Of a DNA stretch of 64,000 nucleotides, positions 49,028-61,294 are shown piece by piece. The notes beneath the pieces are model-generated. The model was not told the origin of the DNA. It did no database searches and was given only the letters and a program-made list of their open reading frames with translations. Positions within the stretch are counted from its first letter, which is position 1. Each line of letters starts with the position of its first letter. Location of the stretch: contig AP026148.1 in the NCBI GenBank assembly GCA_030295235.1, positions 496,001-560,000 on the forward strand, given 5' to 3'. This DNA comes from Fistulifera solaris. Taxonomy: Eukaryota. Both the position numbers and the translations under genes were made by a program.

Positions 49028-49406
49028 GCTACTATACAGGATAACGTATATGAAGATGGGTCAATTATTTGTGTTTGATGTCCTTTTCACGATATCAAAT
49101 TCATTTTTTCTATGTTCGATGCGATTTTTCTTCGGGTTGAGCCGACAAAGAAGATGCGGGTCGGCCATCTGTTGTTGCTGTTGCGGGACGGAACACCATC
49201 TGTACAAGGACAATCTAGTACCGGTAAGTCAGAAAGAGACTTTTGCTTACTCTAGCGGATAATGTACTGACGCTGCTTTGGTGGCGCTCTGCTCGAAAGC
49301 CACAACAAACGATTTCCTCATCGACCGCAACACCTTAACACAAAAGTCCTTGCTGTCCTCATTCCTCATTCTCCTCATTCTGCACGAACTGAACTTGGGA
49401 AAGAAA

Positions 49407-50851
49407 ATGACTTAAACGATCAAACGCCTTCGAGAGGAAGGGCATTCTCGCCTCAGCAACTTGGACGGCGTCGAAAGTCTTGACGTCTTCTGGGCGGAAG
49501 TCAACAAAGTTGAGCGTCTTTATATTGAAGATACGGGTGTTTACGTTGCACCCACAAAACCAAAACGTCCAAAGGAGAGTTTGTTGGCTTGACTTGTCGA
49601 CGCAATGGAGACTTTTTAACGAGTTTGGCATTTGTCGGAAATCTTGATGATGATATCGCCTTGCTGCGCTCTGTGGCAGTCCGAGTCCTTTGTCTTTCAG
49701 AAACAAACCCCCAAAGCATGGAACTACGAGGAAACATTACCTATTTAAGTAGACCCGGGGACAACTATGATCACTTGCTTTTAACGACAGAGCAATTGCG
49801 ACATATCATATGCGCCTTTCCATCGCGGCAATACACTTTCCGTTTTCTGTGCTTCACACCAAAACAATCTGTGGAACTGGTTTCGCATCGAAAGTTTGCC
49901 ATTGAAGTACACTCGTGTCAGTTCGAGGATAAAGGTCAAGCGATGGTAGATTGGCTCGAGAAGAGAGACGGGGCGGAAATTATCGATTCTTGCTATTTTC
50001 CTGACTGCGACTGCGTCGAAAAGATCCTCAAGTTTCTGAGCCGTTCCAGGTATCCCGTGTTTTATAAGCTTTACGTTCTTACCGGTGGAGCGCTTCTTAA
50101 ACCTGAACTATCTCAATTGATCTCGGCAGCAAACGTTAGAACGGTAATGGCGGATATTCGTTTCTTTGCTTGTTGCGATGGCTGGCGAGCACCCTTACTG
50201 AAAGCTCTCCGTGAGGGAACATTCCGACCACAAACTCTCGAAATATGTTTCAGCTCCAACTTTCGTCTTTTTGATGAAGGTGATATTCCTATTTTCGGTA
50301 AGGTCGTCCGCAAGTTGTTTAAAGCAATATCATCTCCCGACTGCACTTTGAAAGAACGTCATTTGAAACATTTCGAATGCACCGAAATCGCCCATGACTT
50401 TGAAAGGTACTTGCTGAGTATGCTGCAGACGAATGAAAGGCTTGAAGTACTGGGTGTTTATAGCACTGTTGCGTTGTTGGAATTTCCACAGATGAGAATT
50501 ATGGATGCCGCAACCAAACATCCGCGTCTTCGGAAAATGTGTTTCTATCCTCCGTCTTCTCATGACCCACCAGAAGTAGGATACGCCGAACCGTTTCAAA
50601 TATGGGCGCAGAAAAACCGTTGCCACATCATACAGTTCAACGACTTCACTCACTCCGATAAGAAACCCTATCTCTCCAAGTGGCAAAATGCAGTCTTTGC
50701 TGTCTTCACGTCCAAGTTCGACGCTCTCCAACAAGTGGAGGACGACAAAGCCCGTTCCTATTTACTGGCAACGGCTATTGCGACGTTCCAACACATGCCT
50801 GATCGGATCTACAACCTTTTGACCGGAAATCTCGATGTTTTTGCGAGTTAA
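49407..50851 (+). pseudogene. Orphan family B copy 1 (RNI/LRR-like), disrupted
   Basis: Aligns with the intact 53031-54473 gene, but codon 3 is TAA (49413-49415, TAT in paralogs) and there is a frameshift near 49590. Confidence 0.7.
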
Positions 50852-51329
50852 TTTAAGAGTCACTCGCTTTCGCTTTTTCGTCTCGTTGAATGTTAATTGC
50901 CAGCGCACCTAGTACGACTATGTCGCAGCGATTCAATAGCAATAATGCAGTGAAAGGTGTGTACCTTTAGCTAAAAATGAAACCCACTTGGCACCTGTAA
51001 CCGTGACTCTAATGTTGTGAGCCCGCGTATTATCTTTATTTTAGTCCCTTTTACTCGTGATTGCTGTGCTTAACGAAAAGAGCACTATCTGTAGATCGAC
51101 GCTTGAGTACCGGTACGTCGAGTCACGGTGCGTGCTTACGCAATTGTCATTGCTCTGCTTGGAAGCTGCAGCCGTGAGCGTGTGCAAACTACTACGTACT
51201 TTGTTTTGGTGCGAAGTGCGAACAAGAACAAAATCATTTTTCCCATCGACCGCAACACGGGAGCCAACGAAAGCTTTTGCTCTTCCAGTATCCTCATACT
51301 CTTCATTCTTTACATACGATAAAGTAAAG

Positions 51330-52804
51330 ATGCCTTATTCAATTAAGCGCCTTCGTGACGAAGGGCACTTCCGCTTGAGGAACTTGGACGGCGTCGAAAG
51401 TAGTGACGTCTTTTGGGCGGAAGCCATGAAGGTGAAGCGTCTTTATATCGAAGACACGGGTGTTTACGTCGCTCGTGCCAAAGACCGAATGCCAGGAGAA
51501 TATGTTGGCTTGAAATATCATCGTAACGGTGACTACTCAACGCGATTAGCATTCGTGGGTAAACCTGATGATATTACGTCGTTGCGATCCGTGACATTTC
51601 GTATCCTTTGTCTACCCGAAACAGATGATCCCCAAAGCATGCATCTCGCCAGAAACTCATACACCCCCGGAAGACCCGTGAACGAACGCGATCAGCTGAT
51701 TCTCACAGCTGCACAGTTGCGGTATGTCATTTGTGCCTATCCGTCGCGATGGTTTGGATTCAGTTATATGGCATTCAATGGGGACCAATCGGTGGAGCTT
51801 GTATCTCATCGCAAGTTTGAAATTGATCTTTTCAACTGTCGATTTCTTGATAAGGATTGAGAAATTGTCTAATGGCTGGAGAACAGAAACACAGCAGAGG
51901 TTTTTGATTACTTCGATTTTTACTTTGTGACTGTATCGAGGAAATCCTAACGTTCTTGAGCCGCTTCACGCACCCCGTGTTCAAGAAACTCTATGCAAAA
52001 GAAAGTGATGTACCTTGTTGACTATCTCCTTTGGTTGCTTTACAGCATTGGTAGTGAATATTCGCTTCTTCATTTATGACGAACATTGGAGAGCACCAAT
52101 CGTAGAGGCTATCCGCGATGGAACTTTTCGACCACAAAGCCTTGAAATAGATTTCAGATCCCCGCTAATTCGCGTCGATTTCGAACGAAAAGAATGTCAG
52201 GCTATCGGCAGATTTCTATCCAACTTGTTCAAAATCATGTCGTCTCCCCAGTGCTCGTTGAAAGAATTTCAATTGAATCATTTCAATGTGTACGGCATCA
52301 TGCAAAACTTCAAAAAGGACTTGGATTATATGCTGGAGAACAATCAAAGCCTTGTTGCACTGGGGAGTTTATAGTACTGCGCGTCCGCTGAAATTCCCAC
52401 ACATGAATTTCATCCTGCACGCTGCCGAGAACCATCCGCGTCTCCGGAAAATCTGTTTCTACCCCCCTACCGACGACCCACCCCAATTGGCGCAAATCGA
52501 TATCTATCAGATGTGATTGCATCGAAACCTCTCGCGCGACTTTCAGTTTAGAGACTTTGGTTACTCGGATCTGAAAGCACATCTCTCAACTTGGCAGATG
52601 ATAGTCTTCTCTGCGTTTACAAATTATTACGATTACCACGCTCTCCACCGGTTTCAGGACGAAAGCATCCGCTCTCATTTACTTGTGAAGGCACTTGCCA
52701 CGTCTCGTCATATGCCAGATCGGATCTATTATTTGCTTTCCAAAAATCAGGATCTTATTGCGAATAAAAGTCTTTATTTTCGTCCCTTTTACTTGTACTC
52801 ATGA
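51330..52804 (+). pseudogene. Orphan family B copy 2, disrupted
   Basis: Nonsense substitutions relative to copy 3 (GAA to TAA 51870-51872; TGG to TGA 52514-52516) plus several frameshifts. Confidence 0.8.
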
Positions 52805-53030
52805 TTGCTTTTGCCTAGAATAACAGTCGAGTACCGGTAAGACGTAAAAACGATGCAATGCGCTCTAAAAGAGATTGTACTTGGTACTGTACTTTCCTAC
52901 TACGTAGACTACAGTACCGGTACCTTACTTGTATGCTCGGAAAGCGGACGAAATCATTTTTCATCGACCGCAATACTGGTAAACACACGAAAGTCTTTGC
53001 TTTCCTCATTCTCTACAAACGAAAGTAAAG

Positions 53031-54473
53031 ATGACTTATTCAATTAAGCGCCTTCGAGAGGAAGGGCACTTCCGCTTGAGGAATATGGATGGCGTCGACA
53101 GTCTCGACGTCTTTTGGGCGGAAGCCCTGAAGGTGAAGCGTCTTTATATCGAAGACACGGGTGTTTACGTTGCACCCAGAAACACCAAAAAATCCGAAGG
53201 AGAATTTGCTGGGTTGAAGTGTCACCACAACGAGGACTATTCCACGGAACTACAATTTGTTGGAAAACCCGATGATATTCCGTCTTTGCGATTCGTGACA
53301 TTCCGTGTCCTTTGTCTGCCCGAGACAGATAACCTTAAAACCATGAGTTTCTCTAAGAACTCATACGCTCCGGGGAGACCCCTGAACGAGCGTGATCAGC
53401 TGATTCTCACGCCTGTGCAGATGCGCCACATCATTTGTGCTTATCCGTCGCGAACATTCAAGTTCAGTTATCTGTCATTCAATGGTGACCAATCGGTGGA
53501 GCTTGTATCTCATCGGAAGTTTCAAATCGAGCTTTTCGACTGTCGATTCCTTGATAAGGGCCGCGAAATCGTTGAATGGCTGGAAAACAGAAACATGGTA
53601 GAAATTTTCGATTATTTCGATTTCTACTATTGTGACTGCTTCGAGAAAATCCTGACCTTCTTGAGTCGCTCCACGCACCCCGTGTTCAAAAGGCTGTATG
53701 CGAACGAAGTTGATGTACCTTCTCGACTATCTCACTTGGTCGCTGGAGCAAATGTTACAGCATTGATAGTGAATATACGTTTCTTCATTTATGATGAGGG
53801 TTGGAGAGCACCAATCTTACAGGCCATCTGTGATGGAACATTTCGTCCACAAAGCCTCGAAATTCAATTCAGATGTGCTCCGATTCACGGGGATTACAGC
53901 CGAGAGGAACGTCAGGCAATCGGCAGATTTCTGTCCAAATTGTTCAAAATAATGTCTTTTGGCAACTGCTCGTTGAAAGAATTGCACCTTCATGACTTCA
54001 ATGTGAGAGGCATCATGCAGGACTTCAAAGCGGACTTGGCTGACATGCTGCAGGACAATCGAAGCCTTCACGTGTTAGGAATTTATAGCACTGCACGTCC
54101 GTTGAAACTTCCACAGATAACTATCCTGCACGCTGCTGCGAAACATCCCCGTCTTCGGAAAATTTGTTTCTACCCCCCTATGAACGACGCACCGCGATCT
54201 GTGGATATTGATTTTATCCAGTTTTGGTTAAAGGAAAATCTCTCGCGCAACATTCAGTTCAAGGACTTTGGCTACTCGGACCTGAGAGCCCATCTCCCAA
54301 TTTGGCAGAAGATAGTCTTGTCTGCGTTTACAGAAGATTTCGACGCTCTCAGGCAGGTTGAGAACGAAAGGTTCCGCTCTCATTTACTTGTTATGGCACT
54401 TGCCACGTTTCGTCATATGCCGGATCGAATCTATTATTTGCTTACCGGGAATCAGGATCTTATTGCGAAGTAG
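53031..54473 (+). CDS. Orphan family B copy 3, intact 480-aa RNI/LRR-like protein
   Basis: Uninterrupted ORF; CSLKELHL, NRSLHVLGI and HPRLRKICF resemble degenerate RNI-type repeats; three tandem paralogs. Confidence 0.82.
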   Translation: MTYSIKRLREEGHFRLRNMDGVDSLDVFWAEALKVKRLYIEDTGVYVAPRNTKKSEGEFAGLKCHHNEDYSTELQFVGKPDDIPSLRFVTFRVLCLPETDNLKTMSFSKNSYAPGRPLNERDQLILTPVQMRHIICAYPSRTFKFSYLSFNGDQSVELVSHRKFQIELFDCRFLDKGREIVEWLENRNMVEIFDYFDFYYCDCFEKILTFLSRSTHPVFKRLYANEVDVPSRLSHLVAGANVTALIVNIRFFIYDEGWRAPILQAICDGTFRPQSLEIQFRCAPIHGDYSREERQAIGRFLSKLFKIMSFGNCSLKELHLHDFNVRGIMQDFKADLADMLQDNRSLHVLGIYSTARPLKLPQITILHAAAKHPRLRKICFYPPMNDAPRSVDIDFIQFWLKENLSRNIQFKDFGYSDLRAHLPIWQKIVLSAFTEDFDALRQVENERFRSHLLVMALATFRHMPDRIYYLLTGNQDLIAK

Positions 54474-54919
54474 CACTGAAAAGGAGCAATTATAGCTCTG
54501 CTCGAACAGAAGTAAAGAGGGATATTGTACACCAACAAGGCCTTTATAATTAGCTCGAGTATATTCGTGTTGTGAATTAGATTCTCGTCTTTTCTTTTAA
54601 AAACGGTCAAGCCAATAGTATGTCAAGCCGACCTACTCTAGCTACATGATCAACTCGGCCCCCTTACCTCTTCAAAGACTCTAGACGACACCAATTTGAG
54701 CTCTAAAGACTATACCTGGTAGGACTACTAAATACCACTTGACTCTAGAGAGAAAATCGAAAATTGGTCTCTTTTCTCGTAAATACCATTTACCGTTGCG
54801 ACAGATGCATGTACCGGGTAAAAAGGCAAGGAATAATAAAATGCAAAACCGCTCATTATTTATTTTCATTGCTTCGCTTGAGTCGTCCAATTTAGTTAGT
54901 GCAATCGACTTACTGAAAA

Positions 54920-56353
54920 ATGAATTATTCTATCAAAAGACTCCGAGAGGAAGGGGCACTTCTGTTTGCGTAGCCTGGATAGCGTCGAAAGACTCGACAT
55001 TTTTTGGACGGAAGCGAACAAAGTCGAGCGCCTTTAAATCGAGGATACGGGTGTATATGTTGCACCTTCTAACAAAACATCTCAAGAGGACTTTGTCGTT
55101 TTGAAATGTCATCGCGACGGTGACTACTCAACGCAAATAGCATTCGTGGGTAAACCTGATGATATTGCGTCATTGCGATCCGTAACATATCGTATTCTTT
55201 AGCTTCCCGAGGCAAATAGGCCCCAAAGCTTAACATTTTCAGGAAGCTCATACAGACCTGGTAGACTTATAGGGACACGTGATAACATACTAATCACAGC
55301 TGAACAATTGCGGCATATTTTACGCGCCTATCCGTCGCGGTGGTTCAAGTTCAATGGTTTATCGTTCAATGCCGAGCAATCTGTTGAGATTGTCTCTCAT
55401 CGAAAGTTCAAAATTGAATCCTTCGACTGTCGATTTGATGACAAAGGTCGTGCGATTGTGGCTTGGTTGGAAAACAGAAACGAAACAGACATAATGGAAT
55501 TTTGTGATCTTTTCCGTTGCGATTGTTATCTGGCAATGCTCAGGTTCTTGAGCCGTTCAATGTACCCCGTTTTCAAAAGGCTCTATTTGGACTCAATTGA
55601 CATACCTTCTCAACTAACTCCCTATGTTGCTGCAGCAAATGTTAAGTCTTTAATTGTGGATATTCGGTTTTTGTCTGTGACAAAGGTTGGAGGACACCAC
55701 TACTGCAAGCGCTTCGAGATGGAACATTTCGTCCAGAGATTCTCGACATCAGTTTCATTTGCGCGCCATGTCACGGAAAAATGAATAAGAAGGAAATTGT
55801 TATTGTGGTGGGTCAATTCTTACAAAAATTGCTTGCAGCTTTATCCTCACGAGAGTGCTCTTTGAAAGAATTGCACTTGTGGGATTTTTAATTTAAGAGG
55901 CATCGGACAAGAATTCAAAGATGATTTGATTGTCATGCTCCAAAAAAATAAAAGCCTTCGATCGCTCGGTGTTTATAGCACCATAGGTCTGTTTCGTTTT
56001 CCACAAATGAGCATTCTGAAGGTAGCAGCCATGCATCCACATCTTCGGCAACTCTGTTTCTATCCCCCGACTTCTGATCCACCCGAATCCAGGCCTTTCC
56101 AAATATGGGCGAGGAAAAATCGTTTTCATGATATCCAATTCGAAACCGCACGCGACCCAGAGATGAGGTTCAACGCGATAAGTGGCAGAGTGCTGTCTTT
56201 TCTATTTTCACGGGGGAGTATGCGGCTCTCAAGAAAGTCCAAGACCAGAATGCCCGATCTTATTTGCTCGTAACAGCTCTTGCTGCATGTCGCCAGATGC
56301 CTAAACGAATCTATTACTTGTTGTCCGACAATCAGGATGTTTTTGCGAAGTAA
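54920..56353 (+). pseudogene. Orphan family B copy 4, heavily disrupted
   Basis: Homologous from ATG 54920 to TAA 56351-56353; TGT to TAG at 55200-55202 and many indels. Confidence 0.8.
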
Positions 56354-56434
56354 TTACGTCAATAAATTAGAACACTGGTAGTCTAGTAAATGCGTTCACC
56401 TAGCAAAGTAATTAATGATTAGCTATGGATATGT

Positions 56435-57712
56435 TTATGTCGCAATCGACGACTCTGTTAGCTCTCTCAGTTTCTCCTCCTGATCTTTCGCAATCATGGC
56501 ACTAATCATGCCATCGATATCACCGCTCAAAAATTGTTGTAGGGGAAAGTTTTGTCCGAGTCGATGATCACTACAGCGGGAGTCTTTCCAGTTGTAGGTA
56601 CGGATCTTCTCACTACGACTACCCGTCCCTACCTGTGAACCGCGCCTTGCTCGCTCTTCTATCTCTCTTTTTCGTTTTCTAAGTCGTACAATTTCGACAT
56701 GAGCATCTTCATAGCCAATTCTTTGTTCTTGAGCTGCGAGCGCTCTTGAGTGCACTTAATTCGAATACCTTTGATTTACAAAAAAAGTCAGGCACGAGTA
56801 ACAATTAGCAGAGCAACAATCGGATCATCGATCAATACAATACACACCTGTTGGTTTGTGGAGCAAGTCAACTGCTGTCTCGACCTTGTTCACATTTTGT
56901 CCTCCAGCACCACCGGAGCGCATGGTCGACATTTCAATGTCTTTGGGATCAATTTTGACATCGACTTCATCGCATTCCGGCATGATGGCTACGGTGGCAG
57001 TGGAAGTGTGAACACGTCCCTGTGATTCGGTGGCCGGGACTCGTTGCACCCGATGCACACCGGCTTCCCATTTCAATTTGGAGTAGACGCGATCGCCCTT
57101 AATGTCGAGGACCGCGTTTTTGTAGCCCCCATCATCACCAGGAGCCGCATCGATCAAGGTACTCTGCCACCCCTGTGACGTAATATATTTGCGATACACA
57201 TCTAACAAGTCACCGGCAAAAATATTGGCCTCAGAACCTCCCGTTCCGGCACGAATTTCGAGCAACACATTGCGATCGTCGTTGGGGTCACGAGGCAGCA
57301 ACAAAACTTTGATTCTCTTCTCCAATTCCTCCATTTTCGGTTCAATTTCTTTCATTTCCTCCCGAGCCATTTCTTTCATGTCCGGATCGGCCAACAATTC
57401 TTTGGCGCCAGCGTAATCTTCCCCCAGAGACTTGTATTCTTCGTAGGCTGCTACCACATCTTCCGACTGTGCCCGATCACTCATTACTTGTCGTAATAAG
57501 GAGGAATCGGCAATGACGTCCGGATCACCCAATCGCTCTGTCAATGCTTGATACGAACGGCGAATATTCTCTAACCTGTCCATCATGGAATCATCCAGGA
57601 CCATTTTTAAGGTCGACGACGACCGAACAAGAATCGAGGGAGGACCATTGTTTGAAAGGTGAACGAACGCCGCCGTTTGCCAGGCAGCGGAAGCGAAAAG
57701 TAGCAATTTCAT
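56435..57712 (-). CDS. prfA: Plastid peptide chain release factor 1, 2 exons; apparent homopolymer indel near 56670
   Basis: [23 protein letters not shown] (PxT), [10 protein letters not shown] and RSEKIRTYN; intron 56769-56847; leader ending TAA-FVH. Confidence 0.95.
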
Positions 57713-58129
57713 ACTTTCGAAGCGTTTTGTAAAGCGATGAATTGCTGTTTCGAGTATTATTGATTGAAGGAACCTGATATAACTTTATCGGCTCATTTGT
57801 TGTTTTTTATTGTTGACAGGTAAAACGTCGAGACGAAAAGTTTTGTGGCCGCGTCGTGAATGCGTCAGCGTCCGTCAGTCTGATCTTAGTACCGGTATGA
57901 TACGTGAAATGTAGGAGCAAACCAGCGGACTTCATCGCTTCGCGCACTTTGAAAAAAATGACACGAGACACGAGACGCATTTTGCTCATTACAAAGTATT
58001 TATCTTTCTTGAGCTTGCTGCTAAAACAAATACGGAGTAACAAAAGCTCATTCTTGCATTACTCCTTTCCCTTGCCTTCTTTGTCAGTTAATTAGCTTCA
58101 AAGATCCTTCCCTTATTGATTGCGCAAGC

Positions 58130-59628
58130 ATGCCTTTGGACGAATATGAAGACCGTGGCTATTTACTAGAAGTCATTCCGCCGTGCCTTTGTAATGCCGA
58201 GCAAGTGCCACGTTGGAACCACGGAAGAATTTCTCCCGTGTACCGGCTCAAAACGAAAACCTATCAATTTTCGAGAACTCAATCGATACGGGTACGGGAT
58301 TGCTATCTGGCGGGAGAATGGGACTTTGTCTTATATCACGCCGTGTGATAGTAACGATTTTCCGTTGCACGATCTCCGTCGCCTGACAATCAGTTACAAC
58401 GGCAATCATCCTATCCTGAACATTGTCGGTAGAAACAACGAAGTGGTAGCATAAACAGACGAATTCTTCATGAAATTGGAAACACCGATGAGTGACAGTT
58501 CTTCTGTCGTAATTGATAATACTCACTTTTACGGGTACGACTTTCGCCATGCTGGAGTTTCCTGTTTCCGGCATATGTTTGAAACTTGCCCGTCACGTGC
58601 GGTGTACTTTCGGAACATGACGGTTGTTCTAGCGACTCGCGCAAGACAGTTAAATTTGAGCGATTGTTCCTTTGAAGACGTCGGTAATTCGTTCATCAAC
58701 GCTCTTGCGGGCCGTACTTCTTCCGTGGAATTGCTAACGTTTGAGGGCGAAAACGCACCAGAGGAGGAGAATGTGCGACTTTTGCTACGAAGTGGAAACG
58801 TGCAGAAGTTGACTCTACCGCAGTTGGATGGAGATATCGTAATGCTTCCTTTTTCTGCCAAAGTGGATTGTCTCGACTATGAAATAAGGTCGTCGTCAAT
58901 ACTGGATGGCGATGTTCAATCATTGAATATTGTGGCTAACAAACTCGCTTTCACAATATTTGAGGAGGGCGACGCTTTCCCAGTTGAAGCTACGCTGGCT
59001 TTTCTCCGGCGCTTGGTGACTTTAGGCCACTTTATAGAGTTGAAAGTCCGCTTCACTTTTGACGACGACGAAATGGAAGTAGAGATACCAGATTGCATGG
59101 TACAAGAAGTGATTTGCACCGCAATAGCCAACCCCAAATTACAAGTTTTAGATTTGACGCTTTTGAATTGGAAACAGCATGCAGAAACACTTTTGCAAGG
59201 CCTCGAAGTCCATAAAGGACTGCGTATTTTGAAGTTCAATGTGGACGAAGACGCTTTCGGTTCCAATTACGCCCTCCTTCGACAGTTCCTATCGGACAAC
59301 AGAAACGTAACAGTGATGAATGAAGACGATGAAATATATACAGATGAAGCAGATATCAATCAACTCTATTCACTCAACCGCATTTACCTGGGCTCGGCAG
59401 ATCTCGTAGTAATACCACTTAGAGAGATCATCGTTGATAGCGACCGCCTTGAGAAAAACGGCTTTAAGTGATTTCCGGCATTCCTCTCTTTTCCTCCCTG
59501 ATCACGCGGATGCACTGTATGATCTCCTTCATCACGTCAGTGTCGAGGTAGAGGAACATAATAAGAATGATCCACTCAGCGCGATGCTCCGAAGCGAAAT
59601 CAACTTTACAGCTTCAGTTCCTGGCTGA
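58130..59628 (+). pseudogene. Orphan RNI/LRR-like diatom-family gene, probably disrupted
   Basis: ORFs 58130, 58194, 58470 and 59434 chain on one strand; in-frame TAA at 58452-58454; ANPKLQVLDL, HKGLRILKF and DNRNVTV are RNI-like segments. Confidence 0.6.
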
Positions 59629-59639
59629 TTGATAGACGA
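59592..59639 (+). repeat. Left copy of a flank duplicated at 63953-64000
   Basis: 48 of 48 nt identical (aagcgaaatc...gatagacga); the right copy runs off the window end. Confidence 0.92.
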
Positions 59640-59934
59640 GCAGAAAGAAGCTGCATTTCAGTGCTTTGCGGCTATAAATGTCTCAAAGCTTGCATTTACC
59701 GTCGTCCTCAACGTACTTTTTAGATAAGGAGCGTGCGCCTACGTTTTCAAGACAACGTCGCCCACGCACAGCTACACACTAGACAAGCTAAGAAGTCTCT
59801 CTTTACAAAATATCATCTACGATTACATCATTATTTCTCATAACATCTAAAAAAGAGCAATTGAATCATCACAACACATAGAACGACGAACACTAGAGTA
59901 ATACTATATGCAACAACAAAGCAACGCTTCTCTT

Positions 59935-60696
59935 TCATCGACCGGATGATACAAACGCACGATTTGGAAGGACATGATCATAGAAACGCTCGTATTTGAA
60001 CAAATACTTCTTGTAAGCTTCTACCGACGAGAAACCAGGTGGTATGGATGTCGGGTCGACGTCAAGGCTGTCAACGATCTCATCCGTGAAAGCACTCCAG
60101 TGGGCTGGATGAACCAATTCGCCACAACGATTCCAAAAATAGGCGTCTTCTTCCAACACAGTCTCGAGGCATTCATCGCCATACAGACTGCGTTCAAATT
60201 CAATCTCCTGACAAATGACATCGCACTCCGCTTGCAAGGTCTCGAGGTCACGATATAACGAACGCTTTTGCTCGGCTGTAAACAAACAATGATGGGGAAT
60301 CTCTTTCACCGTCGTAAGATCCGAAGCAAATCGAACACGACGAGGCACAGGATGACTGGATGGAGCAATCTTGAGCGAAGAGTGTAACGTCACCGAAGGA
60401 GTGCTCGTCTTTAATACTCCCTTTTGAGTCTTGTTCACCGTCAACAGCGGTTCTTCACGCAATACGGTAAGGGACAGAAGGAAAGAAGAGATTTCATCAT
60501 CATTGTCGACATCGAAATCACGTGGAAGCAACGATTCCGCGACACCCGCGTCGCAATCAGAGAGACAGGGAACATCGTCAACATTTTCGGCTTGCAACGA
60601 CCACAGAGGGCTTGTCAGTCGCTGTAGCGTGTCGAAAATCGTCTCTGAGGGACTCTTGGAGCATGAAAGGTGGTTTTGTTTGCTGTAAACTTGCAT
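59935..60696 (-). CDS. Orphan family A member A2' (253 aa)
   Basis: Intact ORF nearly identical to 14227-14994, with one in-frame 6-bp indel. Confidence 0.85.
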   Translation of the reverse strand: MQVYSKQNHLSCSKSPSETIFDTLQRLTSPLWSLQAENVDDVPCLSDCDAGVAESLLPRDFDVDNDDEISSFLLSLTVLREEPLLTVNKTQKGVLKTSTPSVTLHSSLKIAPSSHPVPRRVRFASDLTTVKEIPHHCLFTAEQKRSLYRDLETLQAECDVICQEIEFERSLYGDECLETVLEEDAYFWNRCGELVHPAHWSAFTDEIVDSLDVDPTSIPPGFSSVEAYKKYLFKYERFYDHVLPNRAFVSSGR

Positions 60697-61294
60697 TTTG
60701 ATTCAAAATAGATGAAACAATGAGGAATTTGGTAAAACGGGGTTGTTTTGTGCGCTAGAGTGAATACAGTAAAAGGCTTGCTGCGGACTGATCGACGGCT
60801 GACGGACCGACTAATTTTCTACGACTGCCCTGGTACAAAATCGTGTAAGTAGCTCTCACGTAGAGCTTGTAGACTAACGTTTACTCACGAAGAAACGAGA
60901 GCGAGGAGCGAGGACGGATTAAAGCTTTGAAGAGCCTGATTTCTTTTGAAAGATCTCTGATAATTACGAAGTGATTTGAAAGCACAACGCGTATTGTGTG
61001 AAAAGTCACCTTGCGCTGCAAGCTTCAACAAAAGACGACGATACAATACGATACAATACGGTACGATACACAACAACAAAGACGACGTTACCAAAAAAAA
61101 CCAAGGGGAGGCAGTTCATAGCTATAAAACTGAATACGGAGTATTTTTTTTAAGAATCATCTACAATAATCACTACTTAACACTTGACATATAACAAGAG
61201 CGGTTGAATCATTTCAAATCGCCACTACGGGGAGCACAATACAGGGAAAACGAGACAAAATACGCAGTCGAGAAAACGCTTACGAATCAAGGGA

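Noticed and set aside
56660..56680. Programmed frameshift in a release factor gene, as in bacterial prfB
   Set aside because: This is RF1 (PxT motif), the break is near the C-terminus in an A run, there is no CTT-TGA slippery site, and similar indels occur throughout the window.
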